Below are positions 60,805 through 64,000 of a DNA stretch of 64,000 nt, piece after piece. Origin of the DNA: Squalus acanthias. Lineage: Eukaryota. Position 1 is the first letter of the stretch; every line of letters starts with the position of its first letter. The DNA is taken from positions 9,238,001 to 9,302,000 of the forward strand of contig CM059432.1 in NCBI GenBank assembly GCA_030390025.1, in the 5' to 3' direction. A program made the position numbers and the translations under genes. The notes under the pieces were generated by a model. The model did not search any database. It saw nothing but the letters and a program-made list of their open reading frames with translations, and was not told where the DNA came from.

Positions 60805-61207
60805 CAAAATGTTGGGAATGTTTTTATTAAGGGCCAAGGTTCGTGTAATAACTTTTGTTTAGTGTTTTGGACATTATCTCCAGGTTGTGAGAACCAGTTA
60901 TGTTAATTAATGATTTTTTATGTTTGTTTCTATTAGTTTGTCATGAAGAAATGACACACAGAGAGTTTGTAAAATAAAAAAGTTTTTGTATTGAAGATGC
61001 ACATGTTTGGCCTTTGGAATTATTGCTGCCTTGGCCGACTATAGGGGTTGCGGGTTGCTTTCCACCCTGTTGTTCTCCATGCTTTTGATGATCAGCCATG
61101 ATCGTATTGAATGGTGGAGCAGGCTCGACGGGCCGAATGGCCTACTCCTGCTCCTAGTTTCTATGTTTCTATGTTTCTATGCCAGAAGCCATTTCCTCAG
61201 TAGGGGC

Positions 61208-62350
61208 CTAGGAGCGGCTTGTTATCAGTCGTTGACGGACGGTCCTTGCAGTTTCAACATTGTGGGCCTCCCTCCCGCCTTGGTGCTGCTGCTGATCATC
61301 CTCCTCCTCTTCTTCCTCCTCCTCCGGTGATGCACCAAGGCCTGGTGGCATTGGCTGGGTCGTGAGGATTGCAAGGTTATGAAGAATGCAGCACACAACT
61401 ACGAAGAGGGAGACTCGCTCAGGCGAGTACTGCAGGGCTCCTCCTGAGTGGTCCAGACAGCGGAACTGTTGCTTGAGCACGCCGATCGTCTGCTCAATGA
61501 TGTTCCTGGTGGCGAGATGGCTCTCATTGTACTGCAGCTCAGCAGGGGTGTTGGGGTTACGGAGCGGTGTCATCAGCCAAGTGCAGAGTGACTAACCCTT
61601 GTCCCTGAGGAGCCAACCACTTAGCTGATGCGCTGCCTGGAAAAGCTCTGGCGCACCAGTCTGGCGCAGGATGAAAGCATCGTGGCTGCTGCCAGGATAG
61701 CAGGCATTGACAGTGAGTATCATCAGTCTGTGGTCTCACACCAACTGGACGTTTAAGGAGTGGAACCCCTTGCGGTTTCGGAAAACCTCTGCATTCTCAT
61801 GCGGTGCCCGCAATGCCACATGCGTGCAGCCAATGGCGCCCTGCACCATGGGGAATCCCGCTATCCTCGCAAAGCCCAATGCGCGTTCATGCTGTTTGGC
61901 CTGGGTCATCGAGAAAGAGATGTACTGGCGTCTCCTTTTATAGAGGGCACTTGTGACCTGACGGATACAGCAATGGACCGCGAACTGTGAGATATTGGCG
62001 ATGTCCCCAGTAGCTGCTTGAAAGGAGCCAGTGGCATAAACATTCAGAGCCACTGTGACCTTCACTGCCACCGACAGAGACGTCCTGGTCCTCAGTAGAG
62101 GCTGCAGATCTGGCAGGTGGCAGAGCTCAGTGACCACCTCCTTGCTGAAGCGCAGCCTGCGCAAACACTGCTCCTCAGACAAATTAATATAGGAGAATTG
62201 TTCCCGGAATACCCTGGGAGGGTAAGGTCTCCTGTGCAGAGGCCTGTTGACCCTCCTCCATCTGGCCACGATTACCACTCTCTCTCTGCGTCTCTGATGC
62301 CTCCGATTCTGCAGGCGTAGGATGACGCCCCGAATCAGTGCAGCCCCCAG
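61208..62350 (-). pseudogene. Harbinger (HARBI1-like) DDE transposase, disabled
   Basis: CLRRLRFS, YATGSFQ, GAIGCTHV (expected GAIDCTHV), NRKGFHSLNVQ, WLLRDKG* (stop at 61592-61594), IEQTIGVLKQQFRCL; frameshifted. Confidence 0.92.
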
Positions 62351-62867
62351 AGTCTCTTGACAATCGAAGTAATGAAGGTCAAATCCAAAAGAACCTGCAA
62401 AGTGATGCTCAATAGCCAAAACTACTTCACACAGCGTTGACTCTATGCAGAAGTCTCTCTCTCTCTCTCAGAATCTCTCTCTCTCTGTCAGAATGAGTGG
62501 TGCAAAAATGTCTCCCACAAAAAAAGGCAGGAAGAGGGCGCCTTTAAATAGCGCTCCTCCAGCCCCTCACCAACTGGAAAACGTTCCAGTCTCCCTGTCG
62601 TTGCTTGCGGTAGGCGGAAAGGAGGGGGACGCCACTCAATATCCGGTCCGGGGCGCCACCGGAGCATTGCACGCTCGACTGATGTCACGATCTGCGGGCG
62701 CAGGAGATCGGGGCGGTAGAGTTTTGCGCCGCCGCAAAAACACTGGTCAATTTTGCGAACGGCGCAAACATCGCCGCGCCCGGGCGCTAGTTGGTTTGCG
62801 CCCCATAAGCGCCCTCTTAGGGCACTAACGGGAGGCGCAAAGCAACCAAATTTTTCCCCCTTGGAAC

Positions 62868-64000
62868 ATAGAATCATAGAAATTTACGGCACAGAAGGAG
62901 GCCATTCGGCTCATCGTGTCCGTGTCGGCTGAAAAAGAGCTATCCAGCCTAAACCCACTTTCCAGCACTTGGTCCGTAGTCTTGCAGGTTACAGCACTTC
63001 AGGTGCACATCCAAGTACTTTTTAAATGCGATGAGGGTTTCTGCCTCTACCACCCTTTCAGGCAGTGAGTTTCAAACCCCTGCCACCCTCTGGGTGAAAA
63101 CAGTTCTCCTCAACTCCCCTTTAATCCTTCTACCAATTACTTTAAATCTATGCCCCCTGGTTATTGACCTCTTTGCTAAGGGAAATAGGTCCTTTCTAGC
63201 CACTCCATCTAGGCCCCTCATAATTTTATACACTTCAAGTAAGTCTCCACTCAGCCTCCTCTGTTCCAAAGAAAACAACCCCAGCCTACCCAATCTTTCC
63301 TCTTAGCTAACATCCTCGTAAATCTCCTCTGTACCCTCTCTAGTGTAATCACATCATTCCTGTAATGTGGTGACCAGAACTGCACGCAGTATTCTAGCTA
63401 TGGCCTAACTAGTGTTTTATACAGTTCAAGCATAACCTCCCTGCTCTTATATTCTATGCCTTGGCTAATAAAAGAAAGTATCCCGTATGCCTTCTTAACC
63501 ACCTTATCTACCTTTCCTGCTACCTTCAGGGATCTGTGGCCATACACTCCAAGGTCTCTCTGTTCCTCTACACTTTTCAGTATCCTACCATTTATTGTGT
63601 ATTCCTTTGCCTTGTTAGCCCTCCCCAAATGCATTACCTCTCACTTCTCCGGATTGAATTCCATTTGCCACTTTTCTGACCACCTGACCAGTCCATTGAT
63701 ATCTTCATGCAGTCTACAGCTTTCTTTCTCACTATCAACCACACGGCCAATTTTTGTATTATCTGCAAACTTCTTAATCATGCCCCCTACATTGAAGTCT
63801 AAATCATTGATATATACCACAAAAAGTAAGGGACCTAGTACTGAGCCCTGTGGAACCCCACTGGAAACAGCCTTCCAGTCACAAAAACACCTGTCGACCA
63901 TTACTCTTTGCTTCCTGCCACTGAACCAATTTTGGATCCAACTTGCCACTTTCCCTTGGATCCCATGGGCTTTTACTTTTCTGACCAGTCTGCCATGTAG
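62868..64000 (-). mobile_element. CR1 LINE 3' part running off the window
   Basis: [14 protein letters not shown] and RDLGV motifs; (atagaatc) tail. Confidence 0.93.

Larger units (their letters stand above)
58573..62860. mobile_element. Full-length but decayed autonomous PIF/Harbinger transposon
   Basis: TIRs gggggagaaattcggt and accaaatttttccccc with a TTG duplication; convergent Myb-like and transposase genes; the empty site is visible near 51001-51030. Confidence 0.95.
50632..62868. repeat. Three-copy tandem duplication of a ~1.7-kb unit, expanded by later TE insertions
   Basis: The unit start gggcca(a/g)..ctcaatggagttcctggt occurs at 50632, 52495 and 58219, with collinear downstream sequence. 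Confidence 0.9.

Overview
Repeat-dense vertebrate genomic DNA, most likely from a cartilaginous fish. That host is inferred from the SacSINE1-like DeuSINEs, an HE1-like V-SINE and the CR1 tail microsatellites. The centrepiece is a very young, apparently complete 12.7-kb endogenous retrovirus-like provirus on the minus strand (8588-21289). It has near-identical 1.64-kb LTRs, a TTAA target-site duplication and a perfect 18-nt tRNA-Arg(UCG) PBS. gag and pol are in frame, separated only by a UGA-CUAG readthrough-type stop. Pol carries a degenerate plus an intact RNase H, and an extra Pro/Glu-rich ORF lies in frame behind pol. The open env encodes a class I F-type fusogen preceded by an immunoglobulin-like domain. 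This architecture fits the lokiretrovirus lineage, and the Ig-F fusion envelope is the most novel-looking element. The rest of the window is nested transposable elements: CR1 and L2 LINEs, SINEs, two Penelope-like elements with hammerhead motifs, and a decayed autonomous PIF/Harbinger transposon with several MITE relatives. There is also a three-copy ~1.7-kb tandem duplication, a broken ferritin exon and a CpG-rich promoter-like patch. No intact host protein-coding gene could be supported. All calls were made by eye; boundaries of old repeats are approximate.
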